Assembly (NCBI GenBank): GCA_038062745.1
Contig: JBBTWO010000012.1
Span: 249-64,248, forward strand
Direction: 5' to 3'
DNA: 64,000 nucleotides
Origin: Patescibacteria group bacterium
Lineage (GTDB): Bacteria > Patescibacteriota > Microgenomatia > UBA8517
Part shown: piece after piece, positions 18,221 to 26,402 of the stretch
How positions within the stretch are numbered: position 1 is the first letter of the stretch
How the letters are laid out: every line of letters begins with the position of its first letter
Notes under the pieces: model-generated
The model's input: only the letters and a program-made list of their open reading frames with translations
Told to the model about the DNA's origin: nothing
Databases searched by the model: none
Made by a program: the position numbers and the translations under genes

Positions 18221-18582
18221 CTATCCATATATTCTATCTCTTTTGAAATTTTCTCAATAGCTGCATTTAAGCCCCATTCAAAAAGCTTATATGTTTTAAC
18301 TTCTCCAGATATATTTTCCATATCAATATTTTTACAATTTGTAACTATAAAAAGTTTTGTCTTGAGCCATTTCTTCCTCCCCTGCCTTATCTTTAAAAAT
18401 AGTCGAATCTCATAATTTCTGGTTGAGTGCCAAACTACGGCGTCAAACTTCTCTACTATTAATAGAACCACTGCCGTGGCTAAACTATCCACGGCAACAA
18501 TTTCAACTTGCTTTTGGGATAAATTTTCGTGATATAATTGGCGAAGATTTTTAGAGGGAACAATAAGTAAAATCTTTTTCAT
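18217..18582 (-). CDS. Degenerate receiver-like (CheY-fold) protein
   Basis: MKKILLIV...LRQLY.ENL, FDAVVW pattern; the acidic pocket and phospho-Asp are not conserved. Confidence 0.55.
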   Translation of the reverse strand: MKKILLIVPSKNLRQLYHENLSQKQVEIVAVDSLATAVVLLIVEKFDAVVWHSTRNYEIRLFLKIRQGRKKWLKTKLFIVTNCKNIDMENISGEVKTYKLFEWGLNAAIEKISKEIEYMDR

Positions 18583-18608
18583 TTTTGTATATATTTGTAA
18601 TATATAAG

Positions 18609-18637
18609 ATTCTACTTATGATAGATACAAGTGTCAA
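18609..18637 (-). promoter_or_regulatory. sigma70 promoter for the receiver-like/radC genes
   Basis: TTGACA-N17-TAGAAT on the minus strand. Confidence 0.65.
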
Positions 18638-18638
18638 T

Positions 18639-18914
18639 ATGCTTAAATTAGGTAAAAAAATTCAACAGGCCAGAAAAAGAAGTAGAATTACGCAAGAGGA
18701 ACTTGCTAAAGCAGTTGGTATAAGTGACAAATCAGTTTCTGCATATGAAGCCAATCGCATTAGTCCCTCACTTAAAGTTCTGGAAAAGATTGCAGAAAAA
18801 ACACAGAGTCCATTAAGTTACTTTTTTGAAGAAAATGTAGAAGGCGATATTTTAGCTAAATTAAAACAACTTGAAAAAGAATTTGATGAAATTAAAAACC
18901 TTCTAAAAAAGTAA
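18639..18914 (+). CDS. XRE-family HTH transcriptional regulator
   Basis: LGKKIQQARKRSRITQEELAKAVGISDKSVSAYEANRISPS; start may instead be 18618. Confidence 0.9.
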   Translation: MLKLGKKIQQARKRSRITQEELAKAVGISDKSVSAYEANRISPSLKVLEKIAEKTQSPLSYFFEENVEGDILAKLKQLEKEFDEIKNLLKK

Positions 18915-18922
18915 GTAATATG

Positions 18923-19004
18923 TGGAGTCGGTAGGATTTGCACCCACATCTTTTTGAAATATTAATATTTCAAAATATTCTAACTAACTTGTAACTACAA
19001 CCCC
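18923..19004 (-). ncRNA. tRNA-like RNA with Ala acceptor identity and aberrant anticodon arm
   Basis: GGGGTTG TA GTTA CAAGTTAGTTA GAAT A TTTTGAAATATTAATATTTCAAAA AGAT GTGGG TGCAAAT CCTAC CGACTCC A: 7-bp acceptor stem with G3:U70, short D arm, 5-bp T stem with 7-nt loop, discriminator A. Confidence 0.72.
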
Positions 19005-19907
19005 ATTTGTTTGATTTAAATCTTCCAAAGAATCGTTGTTGATTTCGCTTTCAAGTCTTTTTGGGAAAACAATTGGCAAAGGATCGGTTTGATATTCCAT
19101 TCCTGAATAAACTTCTGCCCGCTCAAGCATTGTAGCGGTATATAGACAAATTGCATTTTTGAAATTTTGTTTCAAATAATCCCCAACCATGGCCTCACTA
19201 CTAGCAATAATTTTTGACCTGTCGATTACCTTTTGTTTACTCCAACCAAAATGTTTATAGAATTCAAAACCACGATTAACAATTTTTTCAAAGGTTTTTT
19301 GGGGAATTGGTAATGGGTTTAGTGCTAAACCTGAAAAACCAATCGTTCTAAAAAGTTTTTTATCCAGTAAACTCAATCTTTTAAAGCATATTTGTTTTGG
19401 TAGCAGATTTTGCAAATTTAAAATATTTATCTCTAAATCTGCCAAATCAGCCGTATTCATTATTTTTTCTGGCTGCTCAAGAGCTAAATCGAAAAATATG
19501 GCCAGTGGACTAGTACAATAAAAGCCAAGTTGTTTAGTTTTCTTATAAACAAATAAAAGATTGGCAACCCCACTTTTAGTTGTCAGGCCAACATCATCAG
19601 TTCTAAATCCAGATATATTTTCTCCCTTTTTATATGATGGGCAGAAAAGAGAGTAAAACAAAAGAGGATTATCTTTGGAGTTATCAGCCAATATTTTTGC
19701 AATCTTTTGGGTTACAGCTTTATTTCTCCAACCTTCAATTTCAGCAGTTTGTAAAAACTTAAACCACATTAAAACTTTCTCAATTATTTGGTACTCATAT
19801 TCAGAAACTGCATCTGTAACAATCATTAAATCCTCAAAGTTGTGTTTTGGAAGAATTTCACCTTCTACTGCCTGATTGATTATTTCTACTTTTAATTGGT
19901 TGTTCAT
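18984..19907 (-). CDS. Unknown 307-aa alpha/beta protein (last gene of the folE-CYTH operon)
   Basis: Long ORF whose start overlaps the CYTH stop (ATGA); motifs FYSLFCPSYKK and AIFFDLALE; family not confidently recognised. Confidence 0.8.
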   Translation of the reverse strand: MNNQLKVEIINQAVEGEILPKHNFEDLMIVTDAVSEYEYQIIEKVLMWFKFLQTAEIEGWRNKAVTQKIAKILADNSKDNPLLFYSLFCPSYKKGENISGFRTDDVGLTTKSGVANLLFVYKKTKQLGFYCTSPLAIFFDLALEQPEKIMNTADLADLEINILNLQNLLPKQICFKRLSLLDKKLFRTIGFSGLALNPLPIPQKTFEKIVNRGFEFYKHFGWSKQKVIDRSKIIASSEAMVGDYLKQNFKNAICLYTATMLERAEVYSGMEYQTDPLPIVFPKRLESEINNDSLEDLNQTNGVVVTS

Positions 19908-20479
19908 TTGTCAAAATCAGCAAAACTCATATTTGTCTGAAATGGTAAACCTGCCTTCTTTCTCCAATTTGTAAACAAAGTGTCGCAAGGGTCTATTAAG
20001 CTTTGTCGTGTGTTAAAACCTAAAGTCTTAGCTGTCATATTAATCTTTTTTCTCTCCCCCTCTATTTCAACAAACACAGCAAAAGGAAATTCATCGATAG
20101 TTACTTTTACGCCACCTGCGATAAGCGTTTGTCGATAACGTTCATAACTTGTAGTTGGCGAGTAACCCATTGCCTTCAAAATCTTTTCTAAGTCCTTTCC
20201 CTGGTGTGTTTCAATCTGATGTTCAATCTCCTTTTTGGGGCCATTTTTAACAGCTTTTGGTTTTTTATAAGAAAATTCATAGTGTATTTCTTTAGTTTTT
20301 TTAATTGTTCTTAAACGAATGCGGCCATTTGTTTTAAACATTGCCAGTTCCAAGTTATCATACATAACAGTCTTTTCGTAAAAACGACCTTTATTCTCAA
20401 ATCCCATCTTTGCCAAAGAAGCGATTAGGGTTGATATTTCATTTCTCTTTATTTCAAATTTAAACTCTAATTCAATCAT
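19904..20479 (-). CDS. CYTH domain protein (class IV adenylate cyclase / triphosphate tunnel metalloenzyme fold)
   Basis: N-terminal ELEFKF (ExExK), RIRLR, YERYR, TIDEFPF..FVEIEG. Confidence 0.9.
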   Translation of the reverse strand: MIELEFKFEIKRNEISTLIASLAKMGFENKGRFYEKTVMYDNLELAMFKTNGRIRLRTIKKTKEIHYEFSYKKPKAVKNGPKKEIEHQIETHQGKDLEKILKAMGYSPTTSYERYRQTLIAGGVKVTIDEFPFAVFVEIEGERKKINMTAKTLGFNTRQSLIDPCDTLFTNWRKKAGLPFQTNMSFADFDK

Positions 20480-20481
20480 TA

Positions 20482-21069
20482 TTATGATCCTCCATTTCTG
20501 AAACTAGCCAATCTCAAAAACTCATTTCTAGTGCGTTCCTCATCTTTAAATACACCTCGAACAGCAGAAGTAGTATTCACGGTGTGCGACTTAACACTTC
20601 TAATTAACATACACATGTGGATGCCTTTAACAACAGCCATCAAGCCTTTTGGTTTCAAAGTCTTATCAAATACTTCAACCATTTCTTGAGTAAAATCCTC
20701 TTGAGAAACTGGTTTTGCTGCCAAAAGTTCAATTACTTTAATACTTTTTGAAAATCCTAAAGTTTTTTCAGACGGGATATAACCAAATAAGACATCGTAA
20801 GTAACTGGGAGCATGTGATGAGAACAAAGTGAATAAACCCGTATTGGTTCTTGGATAATCATTCCTTTGTAATTGGTAGGAAAAACTCTGGCTAAATTTT
20901 CTGTTATCTCTTGCTGTGCTTCTTCGTATAATCCCCTACATAAATTGATATAGGTTGAGGCAAAACGGCGTGGTGTATCTTTAAAATTTTCATTTTTCAA
21001 ATCTAAACCCAAATCAAAAATAAATTTATCTACAGCTTCAGTTAACACTTCTGCTTTGGGTTGTTTCAT
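20482..21069 (-). CDS. folE: GTP cyclohydrolase I (type IA)
   Basis: DTPRRFA, SLCSHHMLP, GFSK, QE, HMCM..R; Zn-binding Cys/His/Cys retained. Confidence 0.9.
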   Translation of the reverse strand: MKQPKAEVLTEAVDKFIFDLGLDLKNENFKDTPRRFASTYINLCRGLYEEAQQEITENLARVFPTNYKGMIIQEPIRVYSLCSHHMLPVTYDVLFGYIPSEKTLGFSKSIKVIELLAAKPVSQEDFTQEMVEVFDKTLKPKGLMAVVKGIHMCMLIRSVKSHTVNTTSAVRGVFKDEERTRNEFLRLASFRNGGS

Positions 21070-21076
21070 TCTTCAT

Positions 21077-21119
21077 CCTCCATAGATAATAATATATTTT
21101 AAATATACTCTATTGTCAA
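21077..21119 (-). promoter_or_regulatory. sigma70 promoter and SD of the folE operon
   Basis: TTGACA(21119-21114)-N17-TATATT(21096-21091), followed by GGAGG (21081-21077) before the ATG. Confidence 0.7.
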
Positions 21120-21180
21120 TAGTAGTTTTATATATTAAAAAGTTAATTTATTAGAAGAATAGGAGTTAAGCAATCAGTTA

Positions 21181-23082
21181 TTATTCTACTACTTCGCCTT
21201 CTTCAACATCATCCTTGTCTTGTTTTTTATCTTCATCTTTTCCCTCTTCTTTATTTTCCTCTGTTGGTGTTCCTTGGGTTGTTTGAGCACCTCCATACAT
21301 AGCTTGACCAACTTCACTTAAAGTGTCTGAAAGATCTTTTGTTTTTTGTTCTAGTTCTTCTTGAGTTCCAGTGTCTAATATATCTTTCAAATCTTTTACT
21401 TTGGCTTCAACTTTTTCTTTTATTTCAGCAGGCGCCTTATCTCCTGCATCTTTCAAAGCTTTTTCAGTTGTTGCAATCATTTGGTCTGCTCTATTTCGAC
21501 TTTCTATCTTTTTAGCTTTTTGCTCATCTTCAGCTTTATACTTTTCAGCTTCTTCTTGGGCTTTTTTAACTTCTTCATCAGAGAGTCCAACTGCCCCGGT
21601 AATTTTAATATTGGTTTCTTTGTTGGTTGCTTTATCTTTTGCAGTAACGGTTAAGATGCCATTACTGTCTAAGTCAAATGTTACTTCAACTTGTGGAACT
21701 CCTCGTGGTGATGGGGGAATACCATCCAAGACAAACTTCCCCAAAGATTTATTATCTGCAGCAAGCGGTCGCTCTCCTTGAGTAACATGAATCTCAACTT
21801 GGGTCTGATTGTCTGCAGCTGTACTAAACACTTCAGTTTTAGCAGTTGGTACAGTGGTGTTTCTTGGAATCATAGGGGTTGCTACAGAACCCATGGTTTC
21901 AATAGCCAGTGTTAACGGAGTAACATCCAACAGCACTACATCTTTCACTTCTCCACCCAAAACGCCTGCTTGAATAGCAGCTCCAACAGCAACCACTTCA
22001 TCCGGGTTAACAGATTTATTTGGTTCCTTGCCAAAGAATTTCTTTACTTCTTGAGCAACCGACGGAACGCGTGTCATACCACCAACCATAATTACTTCAT
22101 TAATGTCAGAAGGAGATAGTTTTGCATCTTTGAGGGCATCTGCCACTGGCTTCATAGTTTTTTCAATCAAGTCAGCAACCAAACCTTCAAACTTGGCACG
22201 AGTAAGTTTCATTGTCAAGTGAAGTGGTTGACCATCTTTCTGAGTAATGTATGGCTGGTTAATTTCAATCTCTGTCGCAGCGGATAACTCAATCTTGGCT
22301 TTCTCTGCAGCATCCCTAACTCTTTGTAAAGCTTGTTTGTCTTGTTTTAAATCAAGTGAATTTTCTTTTTTGAACTCTTCAACAATATAATCGACTATTC
22401 GCTCATCAAAATCGTCTCCCCCAAGGTGGGTATCTCCGTTTGTGGCTTTTACTTCAAATACTCCATCTCCAATCTCGAGAATGGAGATATCAAACGTTCC
22501 ACCGCCCAAGTCATAGACGGCAATTTTTTCGTTATTCTTTTTATCCAAGCCATAGGCAAGTGCTGCAGCAGTTGGTTCATTGATAATTCGCTCAACTTTA
22601 AGACCTGCAATTTCTCCAGCCTGCTTAGTGGCTTGTCTTTGAGCATCATCAAAATAGGCAGGTACTGTTATGACTGCCGCCTCAACTGATTCTCCCAAAT
22701 ATGTTTCTGCATCTTTTTTAAGTTTTGATAGAACTTTGGCTGAAATTTCTTGTGGAGTGTAAGTTTTGCCTTCTATTTCAACAACAGCCATACCGTCTTT
22801 TCCAGATTTGATTTCATACGGAACCATATCTTTTGTTCTTTTAACTTCCGAGTCATCAATCCTTCTCCCCATGAGTCTTTTAACTGAAGCTATGGTATTT
22901 TTGGAATTCAAAACTGCTTGGCGCTTGGCAACATCACCCACCAAGTTTTTAACAGGTTCTACAACTGATGGAGTAATGTTTCTGCCAGTATCAGCCGCGG
23001 GAATAACTTTAGGCTTTCCACCTTCCATTACCGCTACTACTGAATTTGTTGTTCCAAGATCAATTCCTACTGTTTTTGCCAT
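21181..23082 (-). CDS. dnaK: Chaperone DnaK (Hsp70)
   Basis: [39 protein letters not shown]. Confidence 0.99.
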   Translation of the reverse strand: MAKTVGIDLGTTNSVVAVMEGGKPKVIPAADTGRNITPSVVEPVKNLVGDVAKRQAVLNSKNTIASVKRLMGRRIDDSEVKRTKDMVPYEIKSGKDGMAVVEIEGKTYTPQEISAKVLSKLKKDAETYLGESVEAAVITVPAYFDDAQRQATKQAGEIAGLKVERIINEPTAAALAYGLDKKNNEKIAVYDLGGGTFDISILEIGDGVFEVKATNGDTHLGGDDFDERIVDYIVEEFKKENSLDLKQDKQALQRVRDAAEKAKIELSAATEIEINQPYITQKDGQPLHLTMKLTRAKFEGLVADLIEKTMKPVADALKDAKLSPSDINEVIMVGGMTRVPSVAQEVKKFFGKEPNKSVNPDEVVAVGAAIQAGVLGGEVKDVVLLDVTPLTLAIETMGSVATPMIPRNTTVPTAKTEVFSTAADNQTQVEIHVTQGERPLAADNKSLGKFVLDGIPPSPRGVPQVEVTFDLDSNGILTVTAKDKATNKETNIKITGAVGLSDEEVKKAQEEAEKYKAEDEQKAKKIESRNRADQMIATTEKALKDAGDKAPAEIKEKVEAKVKDLKDILDTGTQEELEQKTKDLSDTLSEVGQAMYGGAQTTQGTPTEENKEEGKDEDKKQDKDDVEEGEVVE

Positions 23083-23104
23083 ATGTGTATTTTATAACAA
23101 TTTT

Positions 23105-23578
23105 TTAATTTGTTAAACTTACCTTTCCTTTCTTGTGCGTTAGTCCCAAATAAACTTTTACTTTTGCGTGTCTGACTACCAATCCTTCCTTAAATTTCCA
23201 ACCAGTCAAAACTACTTCTGCAATTTTCCCTTCTATTCCCCCTTCTAGTGCTTCTACTACCTCTTCCAAATTCTCATCAAATTTATCCCCGATTTTCGGA
23301 ATTATTTCCTCCAGTCCCTCTTCCTGCAGTATCCGCTTGAATTCTCCAGTTGAAATTGCCAATCCGGCATCTGCAAGATGTTTTTGGGCGTCTTCAAGCA
23401 TATCCAAAATTGGTAACAATTTAATAACTATTCGCAAAGAAGAAATCTGAGAAAGATTCTGTCTTTCAACTAGTGTTCTTTTGTTTAAATTGTCATAGTC
23501 AGCTAAAGCACGGGCAAGTTGGTTTTTTAAATTATTAACTTCTTCTTCTCTTTTATTAATTTTATTGTCTTTTTTCAT
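23105..23578 (-). CDS. grpE: Nucleotide exchange factor GrpE
   Basis: LARALADYDNLNKR, LLPILDMLE, GWKF...VVRHAKVKV; lies between hrcA and dnaK. Confidence 0.93.
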   Translation of the reverse strand: MKKDNKINKREEEVNNLKNQLARALADYDNLNKRTLVERQNLSQISSLRIVIKLLPILDMLEDAQKHLADAGLAISTGEFKRILQEEGLEEIIPKIGDKFDENLEEVVEALEGGIEGKIAEVVLTGWKFKEGLVVRHAKVKVYLGLTHKKGKVSLTN

Positions 23579-23581
23579 AAT

Positions 23582-24313
23582 TTATGCAATTAATTCTTCC
23601 ATCATCTCATGAAATCTTCTCAAAACTGGAATTACTCTGGGAAACTGCTGTCTAACAGGTCCAACAACACCCATAGCCCCTTTTCGGTCCCCAATCTTAA
23701 ACTGGGTTGCGACAACAGAAATTGGTGAGAGATTTCTCCACCCCAGATCTTCTCCAAAGATTACTTCAATGGTATTGACCCCAGTCATTTTTTCAAAAAA
23801 TAATTCTGTTAGCCTTGAAGTTTGATCAATTAAGGAAAATACATTCATACAGTTGCTCATGTCATCACAAAACTCTGGATTGTCAAAAATATTAGCCAAT
23901 CCTGCAGTCCAAACCCTGCCATCATCAGTGGTGGTAATTGCTATATTTCTGGTTCTTGAAGCCAAAGCCTTCGTAGCTTCTTCTAATAAAAGATTCAAAT
24001 TGTTACGTACATCCCAAACTTCTTCTTTGGCTTTAACCTCGTCGGCCAAACTCATTTGTTTTTCCTCCATAAGCTGGCTTATGTAAAACTTCATTGCTAC
24101 AGAAGTGGGAATTCTTCCGGCTGAAGTATGAGGCTGTTTAAGATAGCCCATGGTTGTCAAGTTGGCCATCTCATTTCTTATTGTAGCTGGAGAAATTCCC
24201 AGAGTATATTTTTTTTCAAGTGAAGCAGAGCCCACGGGTTCAGCAGTCTCTAAATATTCATCAATAATCGATTTTAAGATCTGTGTTTGTCTGGCAGTTA
24301 AAGCCTGATTCAT
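23582..24313 (-). CDS. hrcA: Heat-inducible repressor HrcA (short form)
   Basis: LTARQTQILKSIIDEYLETAEPVGS, SPATIRNEM..L...GYL.QPHTSAGRIPT; start set at ATG 24313. Confidence 0.95.
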   Translation of the reverse strand: MNQALTARQTQILKSIIDEYLETAEPVGSASLEKKYTLGISPATIRNEMANLTTMGYLKQPHTSAGRIPTSVAMKFYISQLMEEKQMSLADEVKAKEEVWDVRNNLNLLLEEATKALASRTRNIAITTTDDGRVWTAGLANIFDNPEFCDDMSNCMNVFSLIDQTSRLTELFFEKMTGVNTIEVIFGEDLGWRNLSPISVVATQFKIGDRKGAMGVVGPVRQQFPRVIPVLRRFHEMMEELIA

Positions 24314-24333
24314 ACCTGTGGTATTTATATCAC

Positions 24334-24360
24334 CTGGCACTTAAACGTGTCAAGTGCTAA
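24334..24360. promoter_or_regulatory. CIRCE element upstream of hrcA-grpE-dnaK
   Basis: CTGGCACTT-N9-AAGTGCTAA. Confidence 0.85.
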
Positions 24361-24371
24361 TAAGCAGCACT

Positions 24372-26087
24372 TTAAGAATTACCATCAGTGGTGGTAGGTG
24401 GAGCAGAAATTACTTCTTTTTCGTCCTGTGGAGCAACAAGATTAAATCTATTTATAAACTTTGCAAAGACATACAGCTCATCAGATTTCAAAAGCACCGA
24501 CAAAGCAAGGTAAATTATAATTCCCAAAACAGAAACAAAAACAGTTAGGATCACTAAATTAAAAGTATATCTAGTATCCAGAACAAAATTCCTGAAGATC
24601 AGACCATTTTGAATATCAACATTTGATAGAAATGACAATTTCTTTACCCAAACCGATTCATCAAAGATCTTCAACACCAAAAACATCACCACCCCGGAAA
24701 CTGCGGCTGAAAAAATGTTTTTTAAAGTAGACCTCAGACCTAAAAATATTTTGTCGCCTGTTTTTTTGAGTAGCAAAACATAAAGGGCTGAAACCTGTAT
24801 TATGCAGGCGATGGTATTGGCCAAAGCTATTGACCAAATTGGCAGCTTTAATACCAAAAGGAAAATAAGCTGCAAAATTATTGTTAAAACAACATCTATT
24901 ATTGAGATTACCACTGGCGTTTTTGTATCGTGTTTGGCATAAAAAGATCTGGAAAGCAGAGGGATAGCAGCTTGGAATGGAATACCTAAAGCAAAAGCAG
25001 ACAGTGTCAGGCTGGTTTGAATTGTTGCCTCCCAATCAAACTGCTGGGAAATTCCATACACCATACGCACTATTGGAATACGCAAAACTGAAATGAAGAT
25101 TCCAACGGGGATAACAATAAACATTAACTGATTAAAAATAGAAATAAAGGTTCGCTTAAAGTTCTCATTGTCGTCGTTAAATCGAGCCAAGGTTGGTAGA
25201 GCAGCCTTACCCAGTGCCACACCAAACAGAGAAATCGGCACAGCTTGAAGGGAATAAGCCAAACTCAAATACGTATATGAAGCCGTAGTAACAAGCGATG
25301 ACAGCATTAATTCGTTGGTTTTGAGGATTTGCATAAAGGAAAGCTCTACAATTCTTGGTGCCGCCAACTTGCCAATCTTTTTAACTTCAGGTGTTAAGGA
25401 AATATCTTTTTTAAACCTGAATCCTAGCTTTGTTGCAAATGGTAGCTGAATACATAAGTGTAAAAAGGCTCCAATAACCACCCCAATTACTGGAGCATAC
25501 AAACCAAAGTAGCGGGTAAAGATTACCGTCCCTAAAATAATCCCAAGGTTGTACATAACCGGTGCCAGGGCGGGGATAAGAAATCTCTTTAATGACTCCA
25601 AGACACCAGTTAGAACATAGCTAACGATAAAAATTCCCTGAGAAATAAACAAGATTCTGGCCAAGCTGGCTACTTGATGGGTTTCAGCATCGCTAAACCC
25701 TGGAGCTGCAAATTTATAAAAAAAGTCTGCATAAAAACCAAAAATAACAGCAAAGAAACCAAAGAAAATAAGACCTATATTAATAACCTTTGCCGCTACA
25801 TCCCAAGCTTCTTTTTCTCCTTTTTTCAAAGTTGCCGTAAATACTGGAATGAAAGCTGCTGAGAAAGCCCCAAAAGCAAAAACTTCAAATACTAAATCAG
25901 GTAGTCGAAAAGCGGCCAGGAAGATAGCGTATTTTGCTGGTGAGAAAAAATGCAACAGGATTATTTGCCTGACCACACCCAATACCTGGGAAACAACAAG
26001 CATCAACATAATTACTGATGCTGCGGAAAGAATTGATTCCTGGCTTCCAAATATAAGTCTTTTTCCGCGATCTAAAATTTTATCCAT
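24372..26087 (-). CDS. murJ: Lipid II flippase MurJ (MviN)
   Basis: Many TM helices; AAFRLPDLVF, AFSAAFIPVF, PALAPVMYNLGII, RSFYAKHDTKTPV. Confidence 0.92.
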   Translation of the reverse strand: MDKILDRGKRLIFGSQESILSAASVIMLMLVVSQVLGVVRQIILLHFFSPAKYAIFLAAFRLPDLVFEVFAFGAFSAAFIPVFTATLKKGEKEAWDVAAKVINIGLIFFGFFAVIFGFYADFFYKFAAPGFSDAETHQVASLARILFISQGIFIVSYVLTGVLESLKRFLIPALAPVMYNLGIILGTVIFTRYFGLYAPVIGVVIGAFLHLCIQLPFATKLGFRFKKDISLTPEVKKIGKLAAPRIVELSFMQILKTNELMLSSLVTTASYTYLSLAYSLQAVPISLFGVALGKAALPTLARFNDDNENFKRTFISIFNQLMFIVIPVGIFISVLRIPIVRMVYGISQQFDWEATIQTSLTLSAFALGIPFQAAIPLLSRSFYAKHDTKTPVVISIIDVVLTIILQLIFLLVLKLPIWSIALANTIACIIQVSALYVLLLKKTGDKIFLGLRSTLKNIFSAAVSGVVMFLVLKIFDESVWVKKLSFLSNVDIQNGLIFRNFVLDTRYTFNLVILTVFVSVLGIIIYLALSVLLKSDELYVFAKFINRFNLVAPQDEKEVISAPPTTTDGNS

Positions 26088-26128
26088 AGTTTATTGAAAT
26101 TACTTGCTGTTTGAATTATACTTCCCCT

Positions 26129-26371
26129 ATGCCTGTTACGAAAACAGCCAAAAGAGCCTTAAGAGGTTCCCAAAGAAAAGCACAAGTCAATAAAATGACT
26201 TTTTCCAAGTTGGAAATTGCTACTCGTGTTGCCAAAAAAAGCAAGACTGTTAAGAAAATTGCACTTGCTGTAAGCTTGGCAGACCGCGCAGCCAAGAAAA
26301 AGCTTATCCACAAAAACAAGGCCTCAAGAATTAAAAGTGCTTTGTCAAAACTTCTTAAAAAGACGAAGTGA
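26129..26371 (+). CDS. rpsT: 30S ribosomal protein S20
   Basis: MPVTKTAKRALR, DRAAKKKLIHKNKASRIKS. Confidence 0.95.
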   Translation: MPVTKTAKRALRGSQRKAQVNKMTFSKLEIATRVAKKSKTVKKIALAVSLADRAAKKKLIHKNKASRIKSALSKLLKKTK

Positions 26372-26402
26372 TTTTTCATATGGTATATTGAGCTAGTTGC
26401 CC

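Noticed and set aside
18923-19004. Interpretation as tmRNA or as a normal or suppressor tRNA
   Set aside because: Acceptor and T arm resemble the tmRNA tRNA-like domain, but there is no tag ORF or pseudoknot region; the anticodon arm cannot form a 5-bp stem with a 7-nt loop, so no anticodon was assigned.
17579-21069. Prophage or integrative element call
   Set aside because: No integrase, transposase, phage structural gene or flanking direct repeat was found.
20482-21069. Dpd/7-deazaguanine DNA modification island or QueF
   Set aside because: No queC/D/E or dpdA/tgt gene nearby; the Zn-binding motifs fit FolE rather than QueF.
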